DNA of 64,000 bases from a bacterium (GTDB taxonomy: Bacteria; Patescibacteriota; Minisyncoccia; Minisyncoccales; CG1-02-41-26). Below the pieces are notes generated by a model. The model saw nothing but the letters and a program-made list of their open reading frames with translations, ran no database searches and was not told the origin of the DNA. Made by a program: the position numbers and the translations under genes. Below are positions 1-8,557 of the stretch, in pieces; position 1 is the first letter of the stretch; every line of letters starts with the position of its first letter. The stretch spans positions 30,645-94,644 of the forward strand of contig JAUVXX010000003.1 in the NCBI GenBank assembly GCA_030603395.1, in the 5' to 3' direction.

Positions 1-476
1 TCTTTAGCTTGTTGAGCATTCCAAGTAGTTCCCTCAAACATAATCTCTTTAACCCTTTCTTTTGCCGTTCGGCAGTTTTCAGCAATTATTGAAGCTATAA
101 TATCTCGATAATTTTCTGTTGCTTGTAATTGAGCTTTAATAGCCCTTTCGTCTCCTTGAACCCCCGAATTAATACTATGGAGAAGAAATTGAGAATTTTG
201 AGCAGAATATCTCTCTTCTCCAGCACAAAAAAGAACCACTGCCATAGAATGCCCAACCCCATAATTGTGAGTAATAATTTTAACCCCAGAAAGTCCTTTA
301 AGAAAATTATAAGCACTTACTCCAGCCGCTACATCTCCACCAGGAGAACTGATTACAAGATAAATCTTATTTATGTTCTTTTGCATTCCCTTGTGAATAG
401 CCCGTATAAGTTTTGTAACAGAAACTCCATTAATTCCAGCAAAAAAATTAATGTATAAAATTTTTTCTTCTGGCAT
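1..476 (-). CDS. Clp-fold (S14/S49-like) serine protease, partial (3' end lies outside the window)
   Basis: Own minus-strand translation from ATG at 474-476: MPEEKILYINFFAGINGVSVTKLIRAIHKG...LVISSPGGDVAAG...GVGHSMAVVLF...FLLHS. The SPGG, G-x-S-M-A and H pattern fits ClpP/SppA-fold proteases. It is missing from the ORF track because it runs off the window edge. Confidence 0.6.
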   Translation of the reverse strand, partial: MPEEKILYINFFAGINGVSVTKLIRAIHKGMQKNINKIYLVISSPGGDVAAGVSAYNFLKGLSGVKIITHNYGVGHSMAVVLFCAGEERYSAQNSQFLLHSINSGVQGDERAIKAQLQATENYRDIIASIIAENCRTAKERVKEIMFEGTTWNAQQAK

Positions 477-550
477 ATTGTTAAAAGATTACATTTAATT
501 ATTTGACCTTTTACACCTATTATACACCCAAAAAGGGGCTTATTAAAACC

Positions 551-577
551 AAAAAGCCCCATGCGTTAGGGCTTTTT
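551..577. terminator. Bidirectional hairpin (aaaaagccc / gggcttttt, 9-nt loop) between the IS and the Clp-fold protease gene
   Basis: Perfect 9-bp stem with A-run and T-run flanks, read directly from the sequence. Confidence 0.45.
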
Positions 578-695
578 GGTAACAGGTTTTCTGTAAAACT
601 GAATTGACAGTCAGACAGGATTGCCTATATTTGCGAGATGTATGTTCAATTTGGTATCTCGCTGTCAACTACTTATAATTTAGTATGTTCTGACA

Positions 696-1881
696 CCCTT
701 GTCAAGTGGATAACTGAAAAAAGATACTCCGCCCGTGTACCTCGAACACACAACTCTTAGTTGACAGCTAAGTATGTTACCAAATTAACAACAGGGCGGA
801 ATACCCAATCTATATTTTACACTCCCCCATACCTATCGTCAAGAGTAAAGTAGTTTTTCTTCTCCACACGACTTTATTGAGTATTCTGATATAATAAACC
901 TATGAAGAAACCCGTTGACTCCAATAAGGAACGCTTCCATAAACTTCTACACCAAGCGGTTCGCAAATGTGAGCCAGCAAGGCGTAAAACAAGCACACGT
1001 CGGAAAAGCGGTGGTTATAGCGGAAAGCGAACTCGTCCACGTAGGATTGGAGGTGCTTAGGGCTGATAGAGTGAAATGTGCCGTCCATACTTCTTTTCAT
1101 TTGCGACCAGAAGTTTTCAATAGTGTTAGTGTGAATATCACCCTTAACAAACTTGTCTTTGCTGTGGTTAATGATTTTATGTTTATATCCTAACTTTTCT
1201 ATCTTATGATAGCTTGTGTAATTGTCAGTTATTATTTCTGAACCAGTAATTACCCTATCTTTGATAACATTTCGCAAAGTAAGTCGTCCAACATCTTCAA
1301 TAACACCAGCCCTTATTTCACCTTTTCTTTCAACCATACCGAGAACAATAGTTTTATTGCCAGTACTTCTACCACCATATTTTCTTGTCCTACCGCCAAC
1401 ATATGCCTCATCAACCTCAACCCTGCCTCTTAATGAGGAAGTGTCCTGTTTCATTAAACTTCTGATTTGATGGGCTATCCGCCACGCTGTTTTGTAGGTA
1501 GTTCCGAGATGTCTTTGAAGCTCTTTGGCTGAAACCCCGTTTTTTGAGGCACTCATCAAGTAAATGGCAAAGAACCAATCGGTTAGCTTAGTAGATGATT
1601 TGTGAAAGATAGTGCCAGAAGTGGGGTGAAGTTGATAACCGCACCAAGCACAACTATAACATTTACGCTTCTTAATGCGGTGGAAACCCTTTTTACCGCA
1701 TTGAGGGCAAGCAAAAGTCGCACCATACCGCCTGTTAAAGATATAGTCCAAACAGGCATTATCATTAGGAAAGTCCCTTGTAAATTGTTTGTGAGTATAT
1801 TTCATAGCAAATCGGCTTAAATAATTGACCTTTCTATCTCCATTATACTCCTACCAATACCTGTTGTCAAGGGATACACCC
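696..1881 (-). mobile_element. IS1595-family insertion sequence (boundaries tentative)
   Basis: Contains the transposase ORF at 900-1805. Candidate imperfect terminal inverted repeats are cccttgtcaagtgg (696-709) and cctgttgtcaaggg (1860-1873), matching 11/14 as reverse complements. The hexamer acaccc occurs at 693-698 and 1876-1881. Confidence 0.4.
900..1805 (-). CDS. IS1595-family (ISXO2-like) DDE transposase with N-terminal zinc ribbon
   Basis: 301-aa ORF. N-terminal CPQCG...CxxCG zinc ribbon. The central and C-terminal motifs VEVDEAYVGG, ITDNYTSY and HTNTIENFWSQMKR are typical of DDE_Tnp_IS1595. Confidence 0.9.
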   Translation of the reverse strand: MKYTHKQFTRDFPNDNACLDYIFNRRYGATFACPQCGKKGFHRIKKRKCYSCAWCGYQLHPTSGTIFHKSSTKLTDWFFAIYLMSASKNGVSAKELQRHLGTTYKTAWRIAHQIRSLMKQDTSSLRGRVEVDEAYVGGRTRKYGGRSTGNKTIVLGMVERKGEIRAGVIEDVGRLTLRNVIKDRVITGSEIITDNYTSYHKIEKLGYKHKIINHSKDKFVKGDIHTNTIENFWSQMKRSMDGTFHSISPKHLQSYVDEFAFRYNHRFSDVCLFYALLAHICEPLGVEVYGSVPYWSQRVSS

Positions 1882-1958
1882 CTGGAAAATAATCTTGACT
1901 TTTTTAAAAATTTTGTTATAATTTAAGCATCAAAATTAAATAAGAGGAGGATAGGAAG

Positions 1959-2150
1959 ATGACACCGAGATTACTACTTGATTATTTCCGTCAGCCCGGC
2001 TTCCTCATTGGAATGATAGTTTTTATTTCAGTGGTGGTTGTCTGTTGTGCTGGAGAGATGAAAGGGGTTTCTTGGGGAAGGAAAGTTCTGGGTGGGCTCA
2101 TCATTTTCGGGATGTTGAGTTTGAACTTTCTCAGGTTTATAGTAAGATAA
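1959..2150 (+). CDS. Small hypothetical membrane protein
   Basis: 63-aa ORF with a strong SD (aagaggagg) 8 nt upstream and two hydrophobic segments. A ttgact...tataat promoter-like sequence lies at about 1897-1925. Confidence 0.5.
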   Translation: MTPRLLLDYFRQPGFLIGMIVFISVVVVCCAGEMKGVSWGRKVLGGLIIFGMLSLNFLRFIVR

Positions 2151-2204
2151 AAAAATCTTTAAAAATTTGGTCGGATTGAAAGAATTGAAAGGCGGTGAGA
2201 TATA

Positions 2205-2468
2205 ATGTGGTATCAGATGGAATGGTATCAGATTGCGCTGACCATCTACGTGGCAGGATTTATTGTTAGCCTTTTGATACACTGGATCGGGTTAATCTAT
2301 ATAGGAGAGGATCCCCGAGAGTCAGAAATTTTCATTGCTGTAAAGTCTTTGGGTTGGATGTATTTCCTCCCGGCTTTTATAGGAAGGATGATAATCCAAA
2401 GACGATTTTTGTCCGCATCAGAAAAAATAGGGGAAAAACTCAAATTGAATACAAAGAAAAGGAGGTGA
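2205..2468 (+). CDS. Small hypothetical membrane protein
   Basis: 87-aa ORF with two predicted TM segments and a basic C-terminus. Confidence 0.45.
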   Translation: MWYQMEWYQIALTIYVAGFIVSLLIHWIGLIYIGEDPRESEIFIAVKSLGWMYFLPAFIGRMIIQRRFLSASEKIGEKLKLNTKKRR

Positions 2469-2952
2469 AGTTAATTTCATTCGTTTTCAGGATTGAAAGC
2501 TCATGATTAAAAGCCCATAAAGGAGAATTGAGTTCAAGGGAGTGAACAAAATGGTAGAGGTGGAAACAACAGAAGAGGATAGTACTCAAAAAAATCTAAG
2601 AAGAAAGGATTATCCAGGGCGAGTTTCTTTCAGGTGGCATTTTGATGAGTACACAAGGGTTGTAGTTATCGATGGAAAAGTTGAAGGATGAAAAGAAGAG
2701 CTTATCAAGCTATTCAGCGATGCTTCTCCGCGGAGCATACTGGCTACTTTCCCAGCCAATTTGGCTGAGGAAGTAAAGTGGGGTGTTGGTTTTTGACTCA
2801 ACAAAAAGGGTCAGAAAATATAGTCTTGACAAAATATGTCGAGATGCCAACACCCCCTTCTTTATTTAAATAAATCAAGGAGAGAAAAATGACTTGAGGT
2901 GAGGTTGAATCTTGCTCTTTTTTATACTAAAATTATTTAATCACTTAAGATA

Positions 2953-3312
2953 ATGATTAATTTCAGAAAACTTGGTTTTAGTTTTAAAAAAGCTTTTAAG
3001 GGATTTAAAGTTGCCATCAGGGAGGAGCAAACCTTCAGAATCCAGACTATCGCAGGGATTTTAGTTTTCTTTTTGATGTTCCGGTTTCCTTTAACTGCCC
3101 TTGAAAGAGCGGTTTTAGTTTTAACTGTCATCTTGGTTTTGAGTTTGGAACTAATTAATTCTCAAATTGAAAGAATTTTGGATTTTCTCCAGCCCAACCA
3201 CGACCCCAAAATTGAAAGAATCAAAGACCTTTCCGCCTCGGCCGTTTTAATTGTGTCCCTGGGCGCTGCCATTATCGGCCTCTTGATTTTTTTACCCTAT
3301 TTTCTAAAATAA
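2953..3312 (+). CDS. dgkA: Diacylglycerol/undecaprenol kinase (DgkA family)
   Basis: 119 aa with three TM helices. LELINSQIE and KDLSASAVL motifs match the prokaryotic DAGK family. Confidence 0.8.
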   Translation: MINFRKLGFSFKKAFKGFKVAIREEQTFRIQTIAGILVFFLMFRFPLTALERAVLVLTVILVLSLELINSQIERILDFLQPNHDPKIERIKDLSASAVLIVSLGAAIIGLLIFLPYFLK

Positions 3313-3334
3313 TTTTCCTCAAATAAATTGAGAT

Positions 3335-3363
3335 TTGACAAATCATCTTTTATTTTGTATGAT
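3335..3363 (+). promoter_or_regulatory. Sigma70-like promoter (ttgaca, 17 nt, tatgat)
   Basis: The -35 hexamer at 3335-3340 and -10 at 3358-3363 lie upstream of the XRE regulator gene. Confidence 0.5.
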
Positions 3364-3411
3364 AAAAAATCATTGCTGTCTAAAATAGCTATATATCCAG
3401 GGAGGAGAATA

Positions 3412-3837
3412 ATGAATAATGAAGGTTTGATAAAAAGAATAGGAAGGAGAGTGAAAGAACAAAGAGAAAAGCTCAGTTTGAAACAGACAGAATTAGCTAA
3501 GTTGGTGAGTGGAAAAAGGGGAAAAAAAACCGATTATAGTTATATAGGTAAGATAGAAAGAGGAAAACAGTATCCCTCACTGAAATACTTAAAGGAATTA
3601 GCAGATGCATTTTCCATAGACATGGAATATTTCTTTGTAGACGGAAAAGGAGCAGTAGAAATCGAAAAGGTAAAAGAAGGATTAGCCCTTCTTGAAAAAT
3701 TCGAGGAGTTAAATTCTGAAGACAGCGAAGCTATTAGGGGGCTCATTGAAAAATTAGCTTTTCTCGGGAAAGTGAAGAGATTAAATCCTCAAGACCGGGA
3801 GTTTGTTGAATGTCTCATCAAAAGACTTAAAGAATGA
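3412..3837 (+). CDS. XRE-family helix-turn-helix transcriptional regulator
   Basis: Start chosen at the ATG after the ggaggag SD. LSLKQTELAKLV...YIGKIERGKQYPSLKYLKELADAF is an HTH_3/XRE motif. The C-terminal half is helical and uncharacterised. Confidence 0.75.
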   Translation: MNNEGLIKRIGRRVKEQREKLSLKQTELAKLVSGKRGKKTDYSYIGKIERGKQYPSLKYLKELADAFSIDMEYFFVDGKGAVEIEKVKEGLALLEKFEELNSEDSEAIRGLIEKLAFLGKVKRLNPQDREFVECLIKRLKE

Positions 3838-3962
3838 AAGGAGAGAAGAGGACGAAAGCTATTGAAAAAATTTTTGAAAAGACAATCTGGATATTACCTG
3901 CCCACAATTCAGACATTTAGACCATTTCTATTTGTATTCTCTAAGGAGAAAGCCAAAGAAGG

Positions 3963-3995
3963 CGCGGGAAGTTATGACAACTTCTCGCGTCTTTT
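3963..3995 (+). terminator. Rho-independent terminator
   Basis: Stem cgcgggaag / cttctcgcg with a 9-nt loop, followed by tctttt. Confidence 0.55.
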
Positions 3996-4100
3996 AACTT
4001 GACATTTGACTTATATTTTTACTAAACTGGATTAAAAGTAGCTCTTTAAAAGTTTTATTTGGGAAATTAAAAAAAAATAGAAAATGATTGGAGAGAAAAA

Positions 4101-4286
4101 ATGAATTGGTATATTTTAGCAATAGCGGCAGGCTCTGGAATGGTTATTTTTCTATCATTCTGGTTTGTTATGCTTATTTGGCAGGCCTTCCTTACTGGTA
4201 AAAAAGTTAGTGAAGAGAATTTGATGACTCGTGTAAGGGAGTGGTTTGGCGAATTGGCATTAGGTCTAATTGAATTGTTGATGTAG
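4101..4286 (+). CDS. Small hypothetical membrane protein
   Basis: 61-aa ORF with one TM segment. A hairpin (gggcaggt/acctgtcc) follows at 4344-4374. Confidence 0.4.
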   Translation: MNWYILAIAAGSGMVIFLSFWFVMLIWQAFLTGKKVSEENLMTRVREWFGELALGLIELLM

Positions 4287-4396
4287 CTTACAACAGAGAA
4301 TAGAAGAGTTTATGAGTTGATGTTCGGTGAAAAATAAAAAGTAGGGCAGGTTGTCAAGATGAGACCTGTCCTTTAAGTTTGAAAAAAGCAAGAAAA

Positions 4397-5014
4397 ATGC
4401 TAAAATTTAAGCATAAAACCATGGATGAAGCTGAAGAAAAAGAGAAAAACTTGGAGAAAATAAAAGCTGAAGTTTTAAATTGTAAGAAATGCTCTTTGCA
4501 TAAAGATAGGATTTATCCAGTTATCGGAGAGGGGAGTCATAGGGCAAAAATAATATTTTGCGGAGAGGGGCCAGGAGCCCAGGAAGACAGAACCGGCCGT
4601 CCGTTTTGCGGAGCAGCGGGGAAAATTTTAGATGAACTTTTAGTATCAGTTGGCATAAAAAGAGAAGATGTTTACATTTGTAATATCTTAAAATGTCGCC
4701 CACCTCAGAACCGCGATCCTAACCAAGAAGAAATTGAAGCTTGTACTTCTTATCTTGAGCGGCAAATCAAAATTATCAAGCCAAAAGTTATTTGTCCTTT
4801 GGGCAGATATTCAATGCAATTTTTAATGGAGAAATTCGGATTAAAAGATGAGACTCAACCCATTGGCAAAATCCACGGCAAGGTTTTTGAGGTTAAAAAT
4901 CTTTTTGGTTCAGTAAAAATTATTCCCCTTTACCACCCGGCGGTGGTAACTTACAACTCAAATATGAAAGAAATCTTAAAAAAAGATTTCCAAATTTTAA
5001 AAAATCTCAGGTAA
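4397..5014 (+). CDS. udg: Uracil-DNA glycosylase, family 4
   Basis: CKKCSL...GEGPGAQEDRTGRPFCGAAGKILDELL...CNILKCRPPQNRDP...LYHPA are family-4 UDG (4Fe-4S type) motifs. The first ATG was chosen; the ORF track begins at a TTG at 4379. Confidence 0.85.
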   Translation: MLKFKHKTMDEAEEKEKNLEKIKAEVLNCKKCSLHKDRIYPVIGEGSHRAKIIFCGEGPGAQEDRTGRPFCGAAGKILDELLVSVGIKREDVYICNILKCRPPQNRDPNQEEIEACTSYLERQIKIIKPKVICPLGRYSMQFLMEKFGLKDETQPIGKIHGKVFEVKNLFGSVKIIPLYHPAVVTYNSNMKEILKKDFQILKNLR

Positions 5015-5057
5015 TTTAGGGCTCTAAGCTAAAAATGTTAAAATATATAAAATATTT

Positions 5058-6533
5058 ATGGTTGAAATAATTGAAGGAAAAAGCCGTTTCTCTCCCATAG
5101 AAATTCTGGCTTACATATCTATTTTTGCTCTTTTGTTTTTGGCTATCTTTCTTTTTATCAGAGGAATCAGGGCCGAAACAAGAGATCGGGAGCGAACGGA
5201 GGAAATCGGAATTTTACAAGAAGCTCTCAAAGATTATTATGAAGAAAACGGGAAATATCCCATAGCTGAGGAGTGGGAGTGTTTGGAAGACAAAAGTTAT
5301 TTTCCTGAAATTCCCAAAGACCCTTTTTACGATCCAGCCAATCCTATTTTTTGCTACCATTACAAAAGTGCTAAGCAAGGAAGAGAATATAAGCTTTACG
5401 CAACGTTGGAGAAAGAAAAGAAAATTTATCAAGTTTTCTCTGAAGGGGGAGAGGGGATTTTCACTGGAGAATCAGGAGAGGGTTCCTGGTACAACTCGGA
5501 TTGGAAATTCAGGAAGAAAATAACAATTCTCAGCAAGAAGGTGGCCGGTATTTTAGAAAATTTTCCGGTACTGATTCATCTAAAAGATAAAGACCTTAAA
5601 GAAAGAGCAAAAGCAGCCGGAGTAGATATTTTGTTTACCGGTTCTGATGGAGAAACTTTATTGGAAAGTGAAATAGAGAAATATGACTCTGAAACCGGTG
5701 AACTTATCGCCTGGGTTAAAGTTCCTTCTCTCTTTAGTGCAAGGGATACAGAGATCTATCTCTATTATGGCTCTAAAAAGAGAGCTCAGGTCAATGAAAA
5801 AGAGGTCTGGGATGAGAATTTCTTGTTGGTTCATCATTTTAAGGAAGCTGCTTCAAGTACGAGAGATGCTACTTCAAAAAACAATGAGGGAATCCCCGAA
5901 GGGGAATTGACTCAAGGAGTTGAAGGAAAGATATTTAAGGGAATCAGTTTTGGGGGCAGAGACGGCTTCATCAATCTGGGCAATAAGGAGAGTTTTTGGG
6001 CCACCGGGACTTTAACCTTTCAGGTTTGGGTTTATCCTGAAGGGGAAGAACAGGAGAATAAGATTTTAGGGCTTGAAGGAGCAGAATATCAAGAAAGGGG
6101 AATTTTCGGTTGGCAGGGGACTCAACGTGGGCCCTGGCAGGTGGTAACCTCTCTCTCTGAAACTTTCTTTGGGAGGGGCTTTCAAGAAGTTGTTTCCGAT
6201 GAGCCCCTGAAATTGAATCAATGGAATTTTGTGGCTGGGGTGTTTGGAGAAGACCAGATGACCTTATTTATTAATGGAGAGGAAACATCACAGAAAGTGA
6301 GATACGGAGGAAAATTTTCAAGGGAAAAGGTGGAGTTTGCTGAAATCGGAAGATATTACCGAGGACTCTCAATCTATCAGGACAAAGTTTGGAAAAGCTA
6401 TGCTTTTTCCGGGATTTTAGATGAATTTCGGATTTCTCAGGTTGCCAGGTCCTTGGCCTGGCTGGAAACTTCTTTTCAAAATCAAAAAGACCCTCCAGGT
6501 TTCATTAAAGTGGACGAAGAAGAGTTATATTAA
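5058..6533 (+). CDS. Pilin-like (GspG-type N-terminus) protein with DUF2341-like and LamG/concanavalin-like domains
   Basis: The N-terminus FSPIEILAYISIFALLF has the pilin Glu5 hydrophobic helix. It is followed by LQEALKDYYEENGKYP, a T2SS-G-like stretch. The WYNSDWKFRKKITI...FPVLIHL block resembles DUF2341, and the C-terminal half looks LamG-like. Confidence 0.55.
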   Translation: MVEIIEGKSRFSPIEILAYISIFALLFLAIFLFIRGIRAETRDRERTEEIGILQEALKDYYEENGKYPIAEEWECLEDKSYFPEIPKDPFYDPANPIFCYHYKSAKQGREYKLYATLEKEKKIYQVFSEGGEGIFTGESGEGSWYNSDWKFRKKITILSKKVAGILENFPVLIHLKDKDLKERAKAAGVDILFTGSDGETLLESEIEKYDSETGELIAWVKVPSLFSARDTEIYLYYGSKKRAQVNEKEVWDENFLLVHHFKEAASSTRDATSKNNEGIPEGELTQGVEGKIFKGISFGGRDGFINLGNKESFWATGTLTFQVWVYPEGEEQENKILGLEGAEYQERGIFGWQGTQRGPWQVVTSLSETFFGRGFQEVVSDEPLKLNQWNFVAGVFGEDQMTLFINGEETSQKVRYGGKFSREKVEFAEIGRYYRGLSIYQDKVWKSYAFSGILDEFRISQVARSLAWLETSFQNQKDPPGFIKVDEEELY

Positions 6534-6535
6534 TC

Positions 6536-7006
6536 ATGATTTTACCCATCAAAAAATACCCAGACCCCTTTTTGAAGCTGAAAGCAGAAAGAGTTAAAGA
6601 AATAGGAGATGAAGAAAGAGAATTGATAAAGAATATGCTCCAGACCATGTACCGCAATAAGGGAGTTGGCTTGGCGGCTAACCAGGTAGGGATTTTGAAA
6701 AGAATCATTGTGGTTGATGTTGGCAAAGGTCCCCAGGTTTTTATCAATCCAGAGATTTTAGAAAGAAAAGGAGGCAAAGAAATTTCAGAGGAAGGATGTT
6801 TGAGTGTGTCCGGAGTTTTTTTAAAGATTAAAAGATGGAAAGAAATAAAAGTCAGAGCCAAAGATGAAAGAAGTCAGGAGTTTGAGCTCCAAGCCAGCGG
6901 TCTTCCATCCTTTTGCTTACAGCAAGAAATAGACCACTTGAATGGCTTGTCAATTTTGGATAGAATGAGTTTCTGGCAAAAATTATGGCAAAAAATAAAA
7001 AAATAA
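6536..7006 (+). CDS. def: Peptide deformylase with a variant metal-binding motif (QEIDH instead of HEIDH)
   Basis: GVGLAANQVG and EGCLSV motifs are present. Motif 3 reads LQQEIDHLNG (codons cag caa gaa ata gac cac). Confidence 0.85.
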   Translation: MILPIKKYPDPFLKLKAERVKEIGDEERELIKNMLQTMYRNKGVGLAANQVGILKRIIVVDVGKGPQVFINPEILERKGGKEISEEGCLSVSGVFLKIKRWKEIKVRAKDERSQEFELQASGLPSFCLQQEIDHLNGLSILDRMSFWQKLWQKIKK

Positions 7007-8154
7007 TTTACCTTGATTATGCGGCTACCACCCCGATTGATTCCAAGGTACTGAAGGAAATACTGCCATATTTGAAACAAGAATATGGCAACCCCTCCTC
7101 AATTTACAATTACGGTCAAAAAGCCCAAGAAGCAATTGATAAAGCTCGCGGAAACGTGGGGGATTTCTTAAATTGTTCTCCTTCAGAAATTATTTTTACC
7201 GGGTCAGCCACTGAAGCAAATAATTTAGCTATCTTTGGCACGGTTCGTGCCTGGCAAAAAAGGGGAAAGAAGCCTCATATTATTATTTCTCAAATTGAGC
7301 ATCACGCCGTACTTGAACCCTGTAAAACATTGGAAAAGGAGGGAGTGGAGGTTAGTTACTTGCCGGTAAACAAAGAGGGGCTAATTAGCGTTTCTGACCT
7401 CAAGGGAGCCATTAAAGAGAATACGGTTCTGGTCTCAATAATGTATGCCAACAATGAAATTGGCACTATCCAGCCCATTGCTGAAATCGGCAAACTGCTC
7501 AAAAAATTCAAGATTCTTTTCCACACCGACGCTGTCCAGGCAGTAAATTATCTCAACTGCGATGTTCAAAAGTTAGGAGTTGATTTATTTACTATTTCGG
7601 GCCACAAGATTTACGGACCCAAGGGGATTGGTGCTTTATATGTTAAGAAAGGGACGGAAATTCTACCGATAATTTATGGCGGAGGACAGGAAGAAGGGAT
7701 AAGGTCGGGAACAGAGAATGTGGCTGGAATTGTCGGCCTGGGAGCAGCGCTTGTCGAAGTCAAACTTCGACAAGCTGAAGTCAAGGATTTGGAAAAGTTG
7801 AGAAACGAGTTAATTGACGGAATTTTAAAAAATATCCCTGATGTAAAATTAAATGGTTCGCAGGAACATCGGCTTCCCAACAACACCAACTTTACCGTTC
7901 GGGGAGCCGAAGGGGAGAGCATGGTTATTGCTTTGGATGGAGAAGGAATTGCCGCTTCAACCGGTTCGGCTTGTTCTTCAAGGAGTTTAGAACCCTCCCA
8001 TGTCCTCTTAGCTTTGGGATTAAGTAAAGAAGAAGCCCATTGCTCTTTAAGATTAACCTTAGGAAGATACACCACCGAAGATGAAATAAACCAGGTTTTA
8101 AAAGTTTTGCCATCAATTGTCAATCGGCTCCGGCAAATATCTGGTATTAAATAG
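6985..8154 (+). CDS. nifS: Cysteine desulfurase (NifS/IscS class)
   Basis: YLDYAATTP, SGHKIYGPKGIGALY (PLP-binding Lys) and RSGTENV motifs, with the C-terminal SACSS active-site Cys. It overlaps def by 22 nt. Confidence 0.9.
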   Translation: MAKNKKIIYLDYAATTPIDSKVLKEILPYLKQEYGNPSSIYNYGQKAQEAIDKARGNVGDFLNCSPSEIIFTGSATEANNLAIFGTVRAWQKRGKKPHIIISQIEHHAVLEPCKTLEKEGVEVSYLPVNKEGLISVSDLKGAIKENTVLVSIMYANNEIGTIQPIAEIGKLLKKFKILFHTDAVQAVNYLNCDVQKLGVDLFTISGHKIYGPKGIGALYVKKGTEILPIIYGGGQEEGIRSGTENVAGIVGLGAALVEVKLRQAEVKDLEKLRNELIDGILKNIPDVKLNGSQEHRLPNNTNFTVRGAEGESMVIALDGEGIAASTGSACSSRSLEPSHVLLALGLSKEEAHCSLRLTLGRYTTEDEINQVLKVLPSIVNRLRQISGIK

Positions 8155-8164
8155 AAAATTATCT

Positions 8165-8557
8165 ATGACATTTAAATATTCAAAAAAAGTAATTGAGCAT
8201 TTTTTACACCCCAAGCATTGGGGCAAGATTAAAAACCCCGACAGCATTGGCGATACCTTAAATTTACGCTGTGGCGATATAATGAAAATTTATATTAAAG
8301 TGGGCAAAAAGAAAAAGAAAGAATATATTGAAAAAATTTCCTTTGAAACTCTTGGTTGCGGAGCCGCCATTGCTACCTCTGATATGATTTGCGATTTAGC
8401 CAAAGGCAAAACCATAAAAGAAGCCAAAAAAATTAGCTTCAAAGACATTGCTGGTGAATTAGGTTCGCTGCCTGTTCAAAAAATCCACTGTGCTCGTTTA
8501 GCCGAAACCGCTCTGAAAATGGCTATCAAGGAATATGAGAGAAAAAAGAAAAAGTAA
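8165..8557 (+). CDS. nifU: Fe-S cluster scaffold protein (NifU N-terminal/IscU-like)
   Basis: NLRCGD, LGCGAAIATS and KIHCARLAE give the three conserved scaffold Cys motifs. Start taken at the internal ATG (MTFKYSKKV). Confidence 0.85.
   Translation: MTFKYSKKVIEHFLHPKHWGKIKNPDSIGDTLNLRCGDIMKIYIKVGKKKKKEYIEKISFETLGCGAAIATSDMICDLAKGKTIKEAKKISFKDIAGELGSLPVQKIHCARLAETALKMAIKEYERKKKK

Noticed and set aside
504-513. An AAAAGGTCAA string on the minus strand 37 nt upstream of the partial Clp-fold protease start. It resembles the mobile-element motif.
   Set aside because: It is a single copy lacking the CG core (GGTCAA versus GGYCGR). A 7-mer match of this kind is expected by chance several times in a window of this size.
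371-562. A 63-aa minus-strand ORF and 129-458 (+) / 95-316 (-) ORFs at the window start.
   Set aside because: They overlap, in other frames, the much better supported Clp-fold protease frame (1-476, minus) or its promoter region. Their translations are low-complexity.
2160-2500. Repeated ggattgaaag strings (about 2172 and 2488) reminiscent of CRISPR repeat termini.
   Set aside because: Only two short (~10 nt) matches about 315 bp apart, with no regular repeat-spacer periodicity and no cas genes.
2551-2792. An ORF with an in-frame TGA at 2689-2691 (MVEVETTEEDS...GKVEG*KEELIKLF...). It hints at TGA recoding (genetic code 25 or 4) or selenocysteine.
   Set aside because: TGA clearly terminates conserved genes here (tuf at 31492-31494, infA at 52432-34), and all conserved proteins translate full-length under code 11. 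The ORF is more likely a short or decayed gene, and no SECIS-like evidence was examined.
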